Positions 37,101-52,100 of a stretch of 64,000 nucleotides of DNA are shown piece after piece (within the stretch, counting starts at the first letter, position 1; every line of letters starts with the position of its first letter). Location of the stretch: assembly GCA_046563655.1 (NCBI GenBank), contig CM102286.1, positions 3,782,001 to 3,846,000 of the forward strand. Direction: 5' to 3'. Origin of the DNA: Yuukianura sp. NJ FZ-2021. Its lineage: Eukaryota. The translations under genes and the position numbers were made by a program. The notes below the pieces were generated by a model. The model did no database searches. It saw only the letters and a program-made list of their open reading frames with translations, and was not told where the DNA came from.

Positions 37101-40100
37101 CCAAAGACACAATCTGCAACAGGGACAAGAATTTTCATCATTTCAGAAACCAGGACCTGGAAGCTGTTTTCTAGAAAAGCGGGAATTTCGCATTCCAACT
37201 TTTAAGTTTCCTAATAAATTTCAACTGAGCATTCTTTGCAGCTTTCTCCGCTTTCTCCAGCATCCTGATCCTCCAAGCTTTACTTCAAACGTAAAAAATG
37301 GAATTTGAATTTTGAGAGTCAAAAACCAAGAAGGTAAAATGTGGAAACTGTGCGTTCGTTTTTTTACTGAAAAAAGGAACAAATTTTGTTTTGACATTTC
37401 TGTTTTAACATATCTTTAAATCAAAATTTCAAAAATAAAATCAAGAACATAAGAAAGCCAGCTGGGTTGACTGTATCAACCAATCGATTTGTCAATGCTA
37501 AACACTTTTTTAAAATCAAATAGCGGGAACATTTAAAATGGATAATTTGAGTTGTTTTGGTAAAGTTTGTAGTTTTGAACGTTTGCTTAAAAAGATCTAT
37601 GGTTTCCGGAGATGCTGCCAGCTTCAAAGTGCTCTACTCTGTCAAAAACATAATCTTCTCAAAATATTCGTTTGAAGTGAATACAGTGCAGAAATATTTC
37701 ATTTTGGATCTTAAGTAACCAAAACACAAGATGAATTTAGAAAGTTAAGCTGACGGGATTTAGGAAAAGCTATTAGGTTACAATATAGCGCTGCGCTACG
37801 TTAAGTTAGTTTAGGTTTACCTGAACTCCTTTGCTTGGAAAGTTGTTGACGTAGAGTTGGAGGGACGAAAATTGACGAACTCTGTCAAAGGCCACAATGA
37901 TTTCCACAAATTCGGATTCTGCTTTCTCCTGCTTTCGTTTCCATCCAACCCAACCGCTCCCTTAATCAAAGAATTTTATAAATATTATTAAAAATTATAA
38001 AAATTTATACTTTAGTTGATTATTATTCAATTAAATAATGACGTTGGTCTTATGAAATCAAAGCACATCAGAGTGCCCTCTTCAACATCTTGCTAACGAC
38101 AACAAATTGAAGTGGCTTCTGCTTTGGCCTTCCCTAACATAGTACTTTCTTTTTAATTTCTGCGTCAAGGACCATCAAGTACTTTTCCAGCTAAGAGATA
38201 GAAGTACTTTGGTGCGCTTAACGTGTTGTCATGTAAAAAACTTTCTCCCAGTGAAAGTCAAAGTTGAATTTTTGAAGAGTTCAAGATCAGGTTCAAAATG
38301 AATTCAGTGCACGACATAATCCATGAAAGAGATCTTGTCTCTAACTGCCAAAATCCACTTACTCCAACATCCACTTCTGCAGTCCAAATTAAATAATTTT
38401 TCCATTTTCAACTTTGATGCCAACTTTTTCAAAAAATTTAGACTTTTGAACGGCTACGCCAAAATTTAGTCGTTCCCGCCTAAACTTAAACACTTTTATC
38501 TGAGCGACATTCCAAACAATGTGTAACTCCATCTGATAAGCCCTGCCACAATGTCTCCTCCGGCGACCACTGCTAAGCCCATGTTTGCCAAATCAGCAGT
38601 AGCTAATCTTGTGACTTGTGGAAACCCATGAGGTGATTTAGTGGTGTAGAAACGACCATAAAAGGGCGCCATTATGCAAATCCTGGCAGAGGGAGCCAAA
38701 GAAGCGGTTAGGTTTGGTGTTTGGAGGCGGAAGATGCTGGAAGACAAATGGTTGTCTTATGGAGATGAGGCAGGACAAGGGGAACATGGACCTGACAAGG
38801 AAAAGCGGCGAGGCGAATAAACAAGAAGAAGAAAGTTGGAAGGAGTTCCAGAAAAGCACCCTGACAAGCGGAAATCCAAACTTCTTCCGAAAGAATCCAC
38901 GGAGCGGCAAAACATGTCCGATTCTTTCTGTCAAATTCTTTGGACGGAGAGTAAAGGCGGCAGTTTTTTGGACAAAAGAAACTTAGGGATGCTGAAGTCT
39001 TAGTACAACAACAGTGGAAAACGCTAGAATCGGATTTAGTTCAAAGTTGGGTCACAAAAGAATAATAGAGAGACACCATATAGCACCCACTTTTTTGCCA
39101 TTCGAGTCCATGCTCCGAATTACAGTATTGAATCAAGCATTCTGCATTTTTGGGTCTATTGTTATGCCTGTTACGTCCGTGTCACTCCGTTCTAAAGTTG
39201 GATCAAATGGAAATATACAACTTATTCTCAAATGGACTTCAGGGTTTTCCGTTTTTCACAATTTAGGCAAAACTCAGCTTTCAATGTTTGCTTCAAAGTT
39301 GGTCAAAAATTTTATGAAGATCTTTCATAATGGGAAACAAAGATTTTCAGTTGGCTCGAGTTTTTGCGCACTTTCGAAAATTTCGAATTATTTCAAAACA
39401 GTCTGTTTTGTATTTTTTTGGTTAAAGGCAATTGAGAAACGATGCCAAAATATTTTGAAAAATTGCACCCTCAAAAGTTTTTGGCGATTTTGATGTCTAA
39501 TGTACACAATTTTTGTTTGAACTTCGAATAACGCTTTCCGTGTGTCTTTTCAAACTTTCTCCTGAGTATGTACTGATCATTTATTCTTAAACGAATTTCT
39601 TGCCGCTTGATGTTTAAACATTAAAAAATTTTCTTCAACCAAAAAAAACCAAAATACAAAAATCGATTCCAGTCAAGGTTTACTTTTACTTAAGCAGTTA
39701 CTATCATGCAAGTATAAAGTCTCCAATGCCATTAATATTTCACAATCACAATTCCCATTCCCTGTGCTGAGCATATCACAACAATTTTTAATTCAATTGA
39801 ACCTTTTTCCCGACGTTATGCCTTTCGTAATAAGTTAGCAGAACGTTATTGAATACTAAAAGCAGCCATTTTTGAAATTTGGTTTAAAAAAGTTTTGGAA
39901 TTTGCAGAAATAGGAATGCGACTTGGAAATGTTTCAAATTTTCATCTTGAATTGAGTGCCCGTAGGTTCTTTTGCTTATTTCAAAATAAGGCGCGCCTTT
40001 TTGCTGGATCCTTCTGGATCGAATTGGAATTCCTTTATGAATAAATGCATAGGAAACAGTGTAAGAAGCAGAGGAAGACTTTTGTTTTAGAAAGAACATA

Positions 40101-43100
40101 AGAGTCGTGCATTAAAATTTAGGAAGAGAGAGACGTGCTACTTGAGCCTAAGCGCCTTATGCTTTCTTCTTCCCTCCTTTAGTCTAAATGGGGGATGAAT
40201 CAGAAGTGCTGTTTAGAATGCTAAAGCTTTCTAAATAGGCAGGGTTTAAAGCTTCAGAAAGAACAAGATGCCCTCGTCTTAAAATAAACTTCCGAATGTC
40301 TCTAATCCTTTGCCCAAAACATGAAATGGGTTTTGGAAAAGAAAAATCGGAGGGAAAAGTGAAGCGTAAAAAGCGGGCATTTTCAATTTGAACCCCTCCC
40401 GCCCTCAACTGCCCCCTTGTCTTCCATCTAGAATTAATATAGACTTTGACATGAAGGTCAAGGAACTCACCCAGGCCAAAGCCCATGTCCATCGTAAAGG
40501 GAGTTCCTCCTTCAATTTTGTCTGTCAACTGCCCTAATCCGCCTGTCAAGATCGGATTGAGTTCTCTACTCCTTATGCTCCCTTGACCCTCTTCATCTTC
40601 CTGGACAAGCGACTGGATGTCGTCGTCCAACCTCCTGTCTCCAGTGACAAACTGTACGGGCTCCACAATGTCTCGATTCCATTTACTTCCAGTTCCGTCA
40701 TAAGACTCGTCCAGAAGCGAAACGCCGTCCATGAACTTCTCTCCTTGCGCCATTCGATACTCCACGACGCCATCTATCAACAAATTTTAAGTTGATATTA
40801 AATTTATTTAGGCTAAAATTTATAATTTTACAACAAAAAATGTTTCTAACGTTCAACGTAACCAGAAATGTGCCAATCCTGATCAATATAGTTTTTCGAA
40901 ACTTCTATTTTAGATGTCGAGGTGATTGAAGAAAGGAAATGAACATCGCAGTTTCTAGTAATAGATGAAGGCACCACACCATTTTGCCGAATGAATTTCT
41001 CCGAATGCATTACTGCAAACATATTTACTCCAACAGACGAATTCCTCCGCAAGGTTATTTAACGTAAAACTAGGCTAGAGTGTGTCAAAAATCAAAAAGT
41101 TAGAATCGGTTTGGCTAAATATCATGACAATAGGTTTGATTGAGCTCGAAATAATTAAGTTTGTTTTGTTTGCTTAGAAACTTATTTTTTCGAGTAAGTC
41201 GCCTTTCGCAGTAATTCAACTTTCGGAGTTGTTTCGCAGTTAACCAAAGCATTACGGAAAAATTCATTCGGCGGAATGGCATAAAACCATGCCTGGAAAA
41301 GACTAATCTTTGGAAATGCTTTATGTATTTGCAATTGAAAATTCGCATGAAGTGGAAAACTTTTCCCAAAGAAAAGTTTTTGAGAATAGCATTTTCATTA
41401 TATTTTTCGTTTTTCCGGTTCTTTGAAGCAGGTGTTTAGAGTTACAGGTTTAACTCTGAGGAAATAAAATATTGATTGGTTTCTGAAAACAAATTGAATT
41501 TCCTTGGATCTTTGGATACCGTATTTTGACCCGAAAAATAATTGAGACTTTTTGTCCGGTTTTTTGTGTCCCACTTCGGTTCACTTCATAACTTCATCTT
41601 CACAAAGTCTATTGAAAACTTTTGTGCAATGTAGTTCCCAAATGCCTAGCAACGGGCCCATTGTGCTCCACGTTCATGTGAGAAACGGAGACTTGTCACA
41701 TATGTCAAATTCCAAGAAGTGTGACAATGGACAAATCAATTCAAAAGGTACTTGTGACATGGACATTTTTCGTATTTTGCAAGTCTCCTTTTACGACAAG
41801 TTTCCAAGAATCACGTTTCTTTAGTGTTAGTAGTAATAACACAACTTTGAAATCCAGGTCAACTGTGACACTCAAAATTGAAAATGATAAATTTCTGTTT
41901 TCCGTTTTTGCGCAATTGCGAAATTCCAAACAAACTTCGTAAATTGACATCCCGGAATTTTTAGTTTGCTTTTACAATAATGCGCTTTAGGAGCAGTGTT
42001 CAGCCGAAACTAGGTTGTTTTTGCAATTTTTTCAAAAAACGAAAAAAATTTCACCGAATTGAAATTGCTTCAATTGAAACTTTTGGAAACTACGGATCTT
42101 TGGCACACGTTTGACCACATTATGTTGACCAAGGCCTTTTTTTTCACTAATTCGATAAAAAGTCTTGGCACGAAACGCGGGAGAGTTTCAATTGGTTTGA
42201 AAAAACGATTGTGTCGTGCCGAGTTTCATTGAAAACAAGTCTAAATTACTACTAAGTAAGTACGAGCTTCGGAGGGAAGCTTAAATGGACACCAATTACC
42301 TTCCCATGGACACCCGAGCAGTTCAACTCGAAAACAAACTGTTCTTCTGTGAGTGGAATGCGGCAAAATTCGAACTTTTGAGGCCAGTAGGGGAGGGCGC
42401 AGGCGTACTGTTACTACTGAAGAAGTATCTGAGTTTCCTGGTAAAACCTGAAAAATGTTGCAAAAATCAATACTAAAATTTTAGAAAAGAAAATTAAGTG
42501 AGCAAACGCTGAGGCTGGCTTGAGTCCGTTGGGAAATTGAGGAAAATTAAATTTTTTGGGCTAGTATGATTGCAATGCTTTAGTAGAACTTTCGTTTTCA
42601 ACATTTTTTTTTCTGGAAAACTGGAGAACTAAAGTGTAATTTTGGATCCGAAGTTATAATTCAAGTGAAATCAATTTTTGGCCAAATTTGGACCAAATTT
42701 TTTTTTCTGGATAGTGATTTTTTTCTTGTGTGAATTGTGCCAGTAGCGTCTTGCCCTCGTTCCACCATTTGCTCTCTTGCCTTCTTCAGGTTCCAAATGT
42801 GAGGTTTATTACCGTTCGGAAGCTCTAAATGTCACTTGAGTGTGAAAGTTTTATGTGGAGGGTTAATCGCATGAAGGAGTGCACGGGAAGCTGGCGGGGA
42901 AACTTGAATCTTCCAATCGAACTGGTCTTGGCTAAGGTTAAAACTTAGCCAGGCAGCCACCCCGCGCCAACTGAAAATAAATTGGCTCCTTCTGACTTAC
43001 TGTCTTTCCGTCGAATTTGTAGTACTTTCTCCAGTCAGAGAATCCATCACGCCAGTACTCGACCTGGAATTCCTCAGCATACTCCTGCCCCTTCCCACGG

Positions 43101-46100
43101 GCGTAGCGACCCTGGATCTGGATGCCCGTCACAAACTGAGTCCCATTCAGTGTAACCTGAAGGGAACCAGAACATTACAGTTAGGTTAGGAACGTAGCCT
43201 AAGCTTAACCTAGTTACAACTGAGCCCAGAGAAAGCGGAATTTATGGCCAGGGTTGTCCAAATTTGGACAGTGAGAAAACGGATGGCTTAGAATTGGATG
43301 GACAATTTAAAATTAAGCGGATCAAACCTGTAACCATTCTCGAACGCCAGAAGCAATTGGTTCTTTGGGACACCAAGCACCGCCGTTTCCCTCCAAATTC
43401 AACCTATAATTTAAAAAAAAAACGTTAACAATTTGTTTCAATTTCAACACTAAAGAATCTTGAAAGAAAAGTATTGGAAAACTGTCAAAAATTGTCCCGT
43501 TTTTTTTCTTCTAAAACTTGCAGCATAAGTTGCAAAAAGTTAGTGGCAGTGCCCAGAGCGTTTTCAATTTCGAAAACTTTGAATCACTTTTTCTTTTTTT
43601 AAGTGTGGAAGAGCTGTTCAAATAAAAGTCAAGATGGGGTTTTGGCGGTAGTGCTTGAGGGTAGGAAATCGGAATTTGTTTTGTTGGACAAAGTCCTTTG
43701 GTGTGTTGTATCTGGTACGGGTTGAGAGGTGTCCTTTTCATGCCTGGGTGCAGTGGGAAGTAATAAAGTTTCTGGTGAAAGCGAAAGTGAAAGTGGCATT
43801 AAAGCCGCTTCTGTTGACTCATGGGGTTGAATTCGGTTGGATCTTGATTAGGCAGGGGCCCTGAATGTCAGCAGAAGGAGGGGACTGACTGGCCTTGAGG
43901 CCAAATAATTGAATAGAAAGCGAAAGTTTCAATAAGACCCGCTTCCAGTTAGGTCTTAACAAAACAACGGTTTTAATAACTTCCCACTTTCCTCAGCCAT
44001 CTCAAACCACCATCACTCTTCCAGCACTAACTCAAATACTAATTTTAGTCAATGTTGTTGGTGGTGCGGAATTAAAAGCCTACAGACTACCCGTGTCTGT
44101 TACAATTTTCATTTTCATAACGCTTGTGCAGAAAATATTCATGGTGGCCACAAAACTTAGAAAGTTTCCCGCAAAAAACGTAGTAGCACGAGAGACGAGA
44201 AGCATCAAAAATGTTAAAACAGAAAATGTTATTAACATTTTGACGAGTAAAGTGAACCACACCTTGCATTTGCATCTAAGACTGCAATCTTAGTGAACCA
44301 AAGGTCAAAGGTCAAGACTGTTTGAACTTTGATGGTGAAAGTAAAAGTTAGGCTATGATTTTGTGAGAACAGTTTTCTTGATTGACTCATTTGTCATCGA
44401 AGGTGAGCTGGTGTGTGGGACAGCGCCAAGTTCTAATGACCAGTGACACACCTCCGGGGAAATTACTTTCTGCGTTCCAAAAGCTTTTTTGAAATGGCTG
44501 GAGAAAGCAGCGACTGCTGGTGCTGGAACAGTAGTGTCCTCCAAAGTCCGCTTCCTGAAAGTTGTCCACCGTGGTCGAGGGTGAGAGACCACAGAGGAAG
44601 GTCGTTTAGTAGATCTCTTGTTGATAATGGACATTTAGACCGCTCCGAACTTCATTCCAAAGGAACCTGATAAACTTTTTATGGGACACGGCCACCACAC
44701 CGCGCTTGTTCCTTTCACTGAACTTACCAACCGAAAACCGTATTTCATTTCACTCCCAAACTTTTCTCTACCAACTAAATTCTCGCTCCCGCTCTTCGAA
44801 TAGACCAAAACGAACAAAAGATTACTATAATTTTTGAAAATCTTCCCCCTCGTCTTGTTCCTTTTTCGCACCAAACTTCAAAAAAGCAGCTACTATACTT
44901 ATTTCAAAAGGGCAAAAGTTAATGCCACATTAGTTAAATTAATTAAACTCCGTGATCTCTCTGTTCCCTTCCAAAGAAAGTGAAGACATGCAACGATATT
45001 CCGGATGTGTGAGGGGAAACTTGAAAAATGACTTTTTCCTGGCTAATGCCTCGGGAATTCTAGTGGGAATGCCTTTGGAATTCCTGAGCGCCAACTTTGA
45101 AAATGTCACAATTCATCTCCCGCTCTCCCTTCCTTTACAGTGACAATTTCACCCCTCCGCTAGCTATTATACTACCCGCTAACACATCCAGCTCACGTCG
45201 CCCATTGAAAAAGGAGACCATTAAAATAAACGCTCAGAATTACTTTCCAATATTTCATTTTTAAGGTGCTAAAACTATTTCAGAAAAAAATCCATATCTT
45301 AACCCGCTCGAATTCAAAAAATTCCAATTTGGGAACAACAAAGTTTTGCTGTTTTGAAAAAAATCTGATTTAATAAAAGTTGGAATCATGAAATTTTGGC
45401 AACAAAAAGCTTAAAGGATGAAGATCATTTTCTTTTGAGCTCCTCGAAATTGCACTTTTTCGCTTACGAGAACCTTGACTTGAAGAATCTCATCATCTCA
45501 ACACTTTTCTCCTGCCCAACACTAATCCTACCATCAACCAAAGGTTCAACGTTGGTTGAAGCAAGGAAAAACTACCTATGTACCCACGCAGAAAAAAGCA
45601 AAGAAAACAGGTTTCATCTTATCAGAAAAACGGTCGTCAGCACACCAGTTTCCTCCGACCTCCTAAGTTAATTTATTTTTGTGATATTAAACATAATTTT
45701 AGAAAATGCGCTCAACTTTGTGCGGACTTCTCAAAAAAATATTTTTTTCCAGAAAATCCTTGACTTTTTTTGAGTCTCTCCACTTTTTGAAACTTTCTCC
45801 GCCACAAATCGCCTTAAAGTTCAGAAGCGCTTCGCTTCTGTCGTGTTTACTGTCATCATCTAAATGAAATAATTTCCGGCTTTAGAAAAAGAAAGTAAAT
45901 ACTTAAAACGTTTCCTTTTGGCGCGGAACGGAAAACTCTCCTGCTTGCTGATACTGTTGCTAGTTAGTTGAAAAAAGTAGAAGCCAAATGAATTATTCAA
46001 GTCATTCTCACAAGGTTTTTTTCCCTTCGAAGCACTCCATGCTCCTGTTTTAGCCTTAGAGAGGACCAAAGTTATGTCATTTGCTTTTTTCGTTCAAATT

Positions 46101-49100
46101 AGATTCTAGAGCTTGGCAGGAAGGAATCAACTCCCGCTTTTTTTTTCTTGGAAAGCTTGTTCTGTAAGCTTTCTTTTTCCCATTCTCCCACGTTCCCTTA
46201 TTTCCTCCTGCCCAATTACAGTATCAATGTCACTGTGGTGGCCTGGAGGGACACAATGCTCTGAAATTGAATTGGTCCCTGTAGGCCTTGAATTCCAACT
46301 TCAACAGTGGTAACAAAATCCTTGAGAATCCAAAGGTAAGGTACGGATATTGGCACGGTGTCACGGCGTCTTCAGACAACGCCGTGACATTTTCTTCGGG
46401 AGAGAAGCTTCTTCTGTCAATTTCCAACGGATGTCATCTAATACCTTTGTCCAGCAAGTTCCTGGAACGCATCAGTTCCGGTCATATGGTACAAAAGTTG
46501 AAGCTGCCGATTAATATGTTAACGTCACTCCAATTTTCAAAACTAAAGTTAAACCCATTACAAAATTGAAGGCAAAGTATGTTTTAAAATTAGGTTCGAG
46601 TTATTAAAAAAGAACAAAACAACTACAGGCTTTAGGAATTTTAAAACATGAAACCCAAATTGCGTGTTCTGTGTAAGAAGTTTTAGCTTATGCCATTAGT
46701 ATGCGGAAGTTTTTGAAACGTGGACGTTAAAAATTTAGTTTCAATTTTATGTTTAAAAAAAGTGCCATAAATGTGAAGTTGCGACACACCTCTTAGCGTT
46801 GTTGACTTTGTTTTGGACGTTGGTTGCCATCGACTTGGCTCCCTTGCAAACACGTTCCAACGCCATTTTTTGTTCCTTGCGGGAACATTTTTTATATTTT
46901 TTAGAAAAGGAATTCGGTGCGAGGGGAAAATGCAGAGTGCGAGGTGTTTTTGTGCTTTCTGGAATCAGATAAGTGCCTTTGAGTATATTATGAAAGTGCA
47001 ATAATTTTTCTCCAGTCCTGTCCAACGTCCAATCTCTTTTTGTCATCTACAATCTAATCCCACATTATGCTAGACACGCATTTGGAGAGAGACTGTTACT
47101 GTAGAACTCCATGTTTCTAAAATCCTAAAGTTAGTTTTAGTTCTAAAAAAAAGTTTTCTGGAAGGAGTGAAAGTAACCTAAGCTTCGGTGGACCCCCTTC
47201 TAGCTTTCTAAAACCTAAAACCCAAAATCCATTTGACTGAATTTTCATAAATGAGAATAATTTTGTTTCTAGTTTGAAACATGAGAAGGCCATTTGGGAT
47301 GATGTGGCACGACATGTACGGCTCCCACGACACAAGTTCAAGCTTAGATGCAAAAGCTTCTAGTTGCTTTAAGGCAGTGACACCCAGGAACTAGCACTAT
47401 CGTCCAACACTTCCAGAAAATCTGTCCTAATCGATTATACTTTTTGACAACTAAGCTTTTAACTTGAACAATCTTGTCCTAGCACCTTCATGAACGATGG
47501 CGGCGTGGAGTTGATAAGAGATGGGAAAACGAAAAAAAAGTGAAAGCTAATCAAAACTTTTGATGTTATAGCGTTTTTTTCCTTCAGTTTGAATTTTGTT
47601 TTGGTTTATGAAAATTGGAAAAATAATATTCATGTAAATAAACAATAAAATGTGAAAGGGTTATTCAATGGAAAGAGAAAGTTTTGTAACTTTACGTTTA
47701 TGTTTAAATTGAATTGTATTTGAGAGGAAAAACATTGAAATGCTTCTATTTTTCAACAATTTGGAACCAAATTGACATGTAGTAGAGCTCCACCTCATTT
47801 ATATTATTTACCACCATAATGGAATATGTATGTATGGTGGCATGTCCCCTGAAGGTCTGGGAAGTTGATATTGTGAAGAACTATATTTCATATCTTTTCT
47901 TTTTGGAAAACATAAAGTGAAATATACTTTCGTAATGATCCTGTTTTTATGGACCTGGAAGGCGTAGGGAGGAACTGCGGACACAAAGGCTTTTTACAGC
48001 TCTAGTCATAAAATGGCCACCCTCCACAACTTTCCCCTGCCCCCCAAATGCCTTATTGAATAGCACGGGGTCACTTGGATGAAGCTCGGGCAAACCCGTG
48101 AGCTCAAGGTGGTGCCTTAAGCTTCGATTGGAGTCGAAAGCTGACTTATGTTTTGAAGTACCTTGCTTGGTGTGGGCCGACGGAGTGGACGTAGAAGGAA
48201 CTGGCACTTAGCGCTGAGTCGGCAATTCCCTTGCTCTCCATTCCCAGAGGGGTGGCACACAAATCTGAAAGAAATAAACAACCGATAATGGACTTACAGT
48301 CTTAACTTTATTTTGTTCCAGATCATTATTCTCACATCTGCGATCTAACTGCGGAACATAACGCTTCTGCGCATGAGCGGAACGGAAATATGACCTTCTC
48401 CACTTTTCATTAAACCGGGTATTACAAAGTAGCGAAAGCGATGAACTGTTTGTATCAATGACCAAAACAAGCGAGTTTAAAAACATTTTTTGAGAGAACT
48501 AACAGTGTAAGTTAATTTTTTTTATGCTGCCGGTAGGATTGAACCGGTTGACCTTGACCTGTGACCCGGCTGGTACACGATTGCAGTGATGCTTAAACAG
48601 AAATGTTGCTTTGAGAAATCTACTTAAGTGTGGTTATGTTATGTTTGTTAAGGTTAATTTAGCTTAGTTGGCGAGACTTTCACTTGGAGTGAAAGTTTGA
48701 ACAAAAATGCAGTTTTGTCACTATGAGTCATTAGGCTTCAGACCGAACTCGCTTAGTTAATTAAAAGCGTGGTTCCATTTTCTCTTGTCAGTTCCAGAAG
48801 AAAATCTTGTTTAATTCTTTAGACTCCGAAGTTGGCTGGTCTACGGGTAGTAGATCTTCTCTTTTCCCCAAACTTTCTTTTTCTAACCGTTCGTGCTCTG
48901 GTTGTTGACTAATAAATAATAATTTTCTCCCCTCTTATTATTACGACTCCATCATTTTTAATGCAAGTGAAAGATTTATGGAGAGCACTCCCATTTCTGG
49001 CCAAAACCAGAAGCAGTTCCTTCCTTTGCCCTAACGAGGAGTCGAGGGAGAAAGTTGGAAGAAACTGAGAGCCATTTTGCTTTCTTTAATAACGAAAGTC

Positions 49101-52100
49101 TCAGGCGTTCTTCCAAGGTACAACGTTGCATTGGAGGGAGTAACTATACTAAAAGGCATTAAGTTCGGCTGGACTCCTTTTCAGCCTAACTCTAGGTTAT
49201 AGAAGGGAGAAAGTGGAGAGGAAGGGAGGTTCCATTGATGGAACTGATTACTTTCATACTTTCCCCCTTCAATCTTCGTCTGCCGACCCAATCTGAGGAA
49301 TTAAACTTCTGTTCCCTTCCATTCACATTCAAATGCCCAACTGTAAACGAGCATTTAATGACTCTCCAAACTTCCAAACATGCAGAAAGACCAACAACGC
49401 CCAAAAGAACTCCTTTTCCAAAGTTCACACTTCCAAGGTCCGGGAAATTCAAGATAGAAGGCTCCCGAAAACCAAAGTTTCACAAACTCCTTCGAATTTA
49501 AAGTTGAGCGGGTTTCTCTTAATTACAACTCAAATTAAGGTTTTGAGTGGCACATATTAAAATTGTAATTACAAACTGCTCAAGAGATTCAAAACTTTTA
49601 CAATAGTCTTGACACTAACTCAATTTAGCTTAGTAGTTGCACTTAAATACTAACGTAAGTTTTAGTTTTCGTATTTTCAAGTGCTAGAAGTGCAGCGACT
49701 AACCCTGCCGCTTAACAAGTATTACATACTTTCGTAAATTTAGAAATTAGATTCTATTTTTAGATAAAACTGCTCACCGCCTACTCAAAAAACTTCAAAA
49801 TTTCATTTTCGAGAATGAAAAAAAAATCCGTTCTAAATTTTCACAATCTTGGTTAAACAACCTTTCGTTTTTTAGAAACTTAAAATTACCAAAAAATTTA
49901 AAGCGCGATAGTTAACGCTGCTGAATTTTTCTTGCTAATCTTGTTTCAGCTCATCTTAATTTTTTTTAAATTTTGGTTTTCTTGCTCCATTAATGCAAAA
50001 ATGATGGAACGTTAAAATTATTAATTGCGCCTTAACTGCAACTTCTTTGGCCAAATGGGTGCTAAAAATGTTTGCAAAAAGCCGTTCTCGTTGCTCCACC
50101 AATCCCGAATCTGTTTTTAATGTGGCCGTCATATAAACCGCCATAAAATTTAAATCTTTAATTTTAACGACAAAATTGCGTGAGGGCTTAAAACATCATT
50201 AGCTCCCATGTTCTCATATTTCCAAAAACCTCCCATTGGATCTCTGTACATAGCCCCTAACGCAGAACCATAAAAGTTACTCCCTCCAAATTTCCAAACT
50301 TTACAATACCAAAGTGAACAACCTCAAATGAATGCAAACTACCCATCAAGAACCGAATTGAAGAGCCTCTCTGACTTACTTTTTCAAACAAGATGAGCAA
50401 AATCGTTTCGTTTTGGAAATAAATTTTCAAAAAAACGAGTCGTTGAGAGTCGATATTCCGCTAGGAAACTTTATTGTTGAAACACAGTAGATCATCTCCT
50501 TTCTCTATTCTACCAAACCCATAAAGCTCAAGAGAAAGTTATGGCTAATTTAAGGATTTTGTAACCTTCTAGTGCGTCTAAAAATTTTACATTTTGAACA
50601 AACTTTTATGGATTATCTCATTTTTATGTGTCATTCTTTAAAATCGTTTTTAGAATAAGCCATTTTTAAAACATTTTTTAGAAAGCGACTTTCTCTTTGT
50701 GTGAAGAAAGTTTCAATAGTGTTTCCTGGAATGAGGATTATTTTCAAAACGGGTTTATGGAAAGTACTTACGGAAGTAGGAAAAAGATGAGTCTAATTTT
50801 TAGTAATTGAGAACTTTTGGAATAGAACAGGAAGAAGATTGTCATTTTGAGAAGTGAAAGTGTTTTCTCAAATGGAGGAACAGTAAAAGCAAAAGTGTTT
50901 GGAAGAAAAGTGCTGTTCGAAGCCACTTAACTTAATCAAATCCGATTTGGAAGATGAGAGTAGAGTCACTATAGGGTAGAAGACATAGAAACCTAATTAC
51001 GGTTCCCTCCATCCACTTAAATCCTAGTTTCAGTCAGGAAATTAACTTGGATCTTCTGACAAGCATGGAGCTAACTCCAATGCTAAAATATAGAAATATG
51101 CTACACTTGAAAGTCAAGTGCTTTTTGCCAAAAATTAACAAAGTTCCCGGGAATGAAGTTTTGGCTTCAACAAATTTACAGTTAAAACTAAAATTTTGGT
51201 ATAAAATTGAGACGACATGGTGGAAAAGGCAATTTGAATCGTCGGATTGTTAGACACTCGGGATATAGCAAAAGTCGTAAGCCATTACATTGTTTTATTG
51301 GAACCTTTCAGAATTGTTTGTTGAAGTCTTACGGAGAATAAGGACTTTGCATTGAAGCGTACCAGCAGAAAGGAGTCAACGGCTCTCCTGAGGGAAAGTG
51401 CAGTTCTAACGGCCTGAGGATGCTGGCAGTATCCCACTTGGAACTGCTGGAAGCATCCCACTTGGAACTATGGAGACCGTTATGTTCCTGGAGAGGCACA
51501 TAAATGGAAAGTGTCTCAAGTGGAGAAAGTAGGCCCTTTGGTAGGGAGCCCTTTGACTTTCCTAGGTCGTTATTACAACTTCATCGTAATAATAAGAGCC
51601 TCTTCAACAACAAACATATTTTTGACTCCGAACCTTTCACTTTCATAAACTGAAAAACAAAGTGGCAGTATAATGTTGCCCTTAACACTAAAATTATGCA
51701 TTACTTGAGATAGAGAAAGTTATAGCGAGTTACAAATTTCTGCGAATGTGCAAAAATCATAATTTGGTCCACTTTTTCTGATCAGATATATTGTATAAAC
51801 AACTTCAAAAGCTATTTTTGAAGAACAATTTCAAACATAACTGTTTATATAAGCAGAGTACTTCGGCACATATTTGCCCAAGTTCTCAGTTCGTTTCCAA
51901 TTTTGCAGAAAATGCATAGCATTTATACACTCAAGTCTAAAACTTTAACCCAGAGTTTGTTCATGTTCCAAAAGAATGCTAAATTGTGGAAGTATTCTAA
52001 AATTGGTTTCCAGAAGTTTCAAAATTTGAATTCGTTTTTGAACTAAGCCAGAGTTCACTCATGTTACCCTCTCGGCGTTCTTTCTTTGCTGTTCATGCGC

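Noticed and set aside
38496..39493. Several 80-160 aa ORFs in a DDR intron as a possible nested gene
   Set aside because: They have non-ATG starts, no recognisable domain and no consistent splice structure.
48525..48590. tRNA/SINE-like B-box (GGTTCAATCC on the minus strand)
   Set aside because: The T-stem does not pair, and there is no A-box or cloverleaf. The adjacent sequence is better explained as AGGTCA half-sites.
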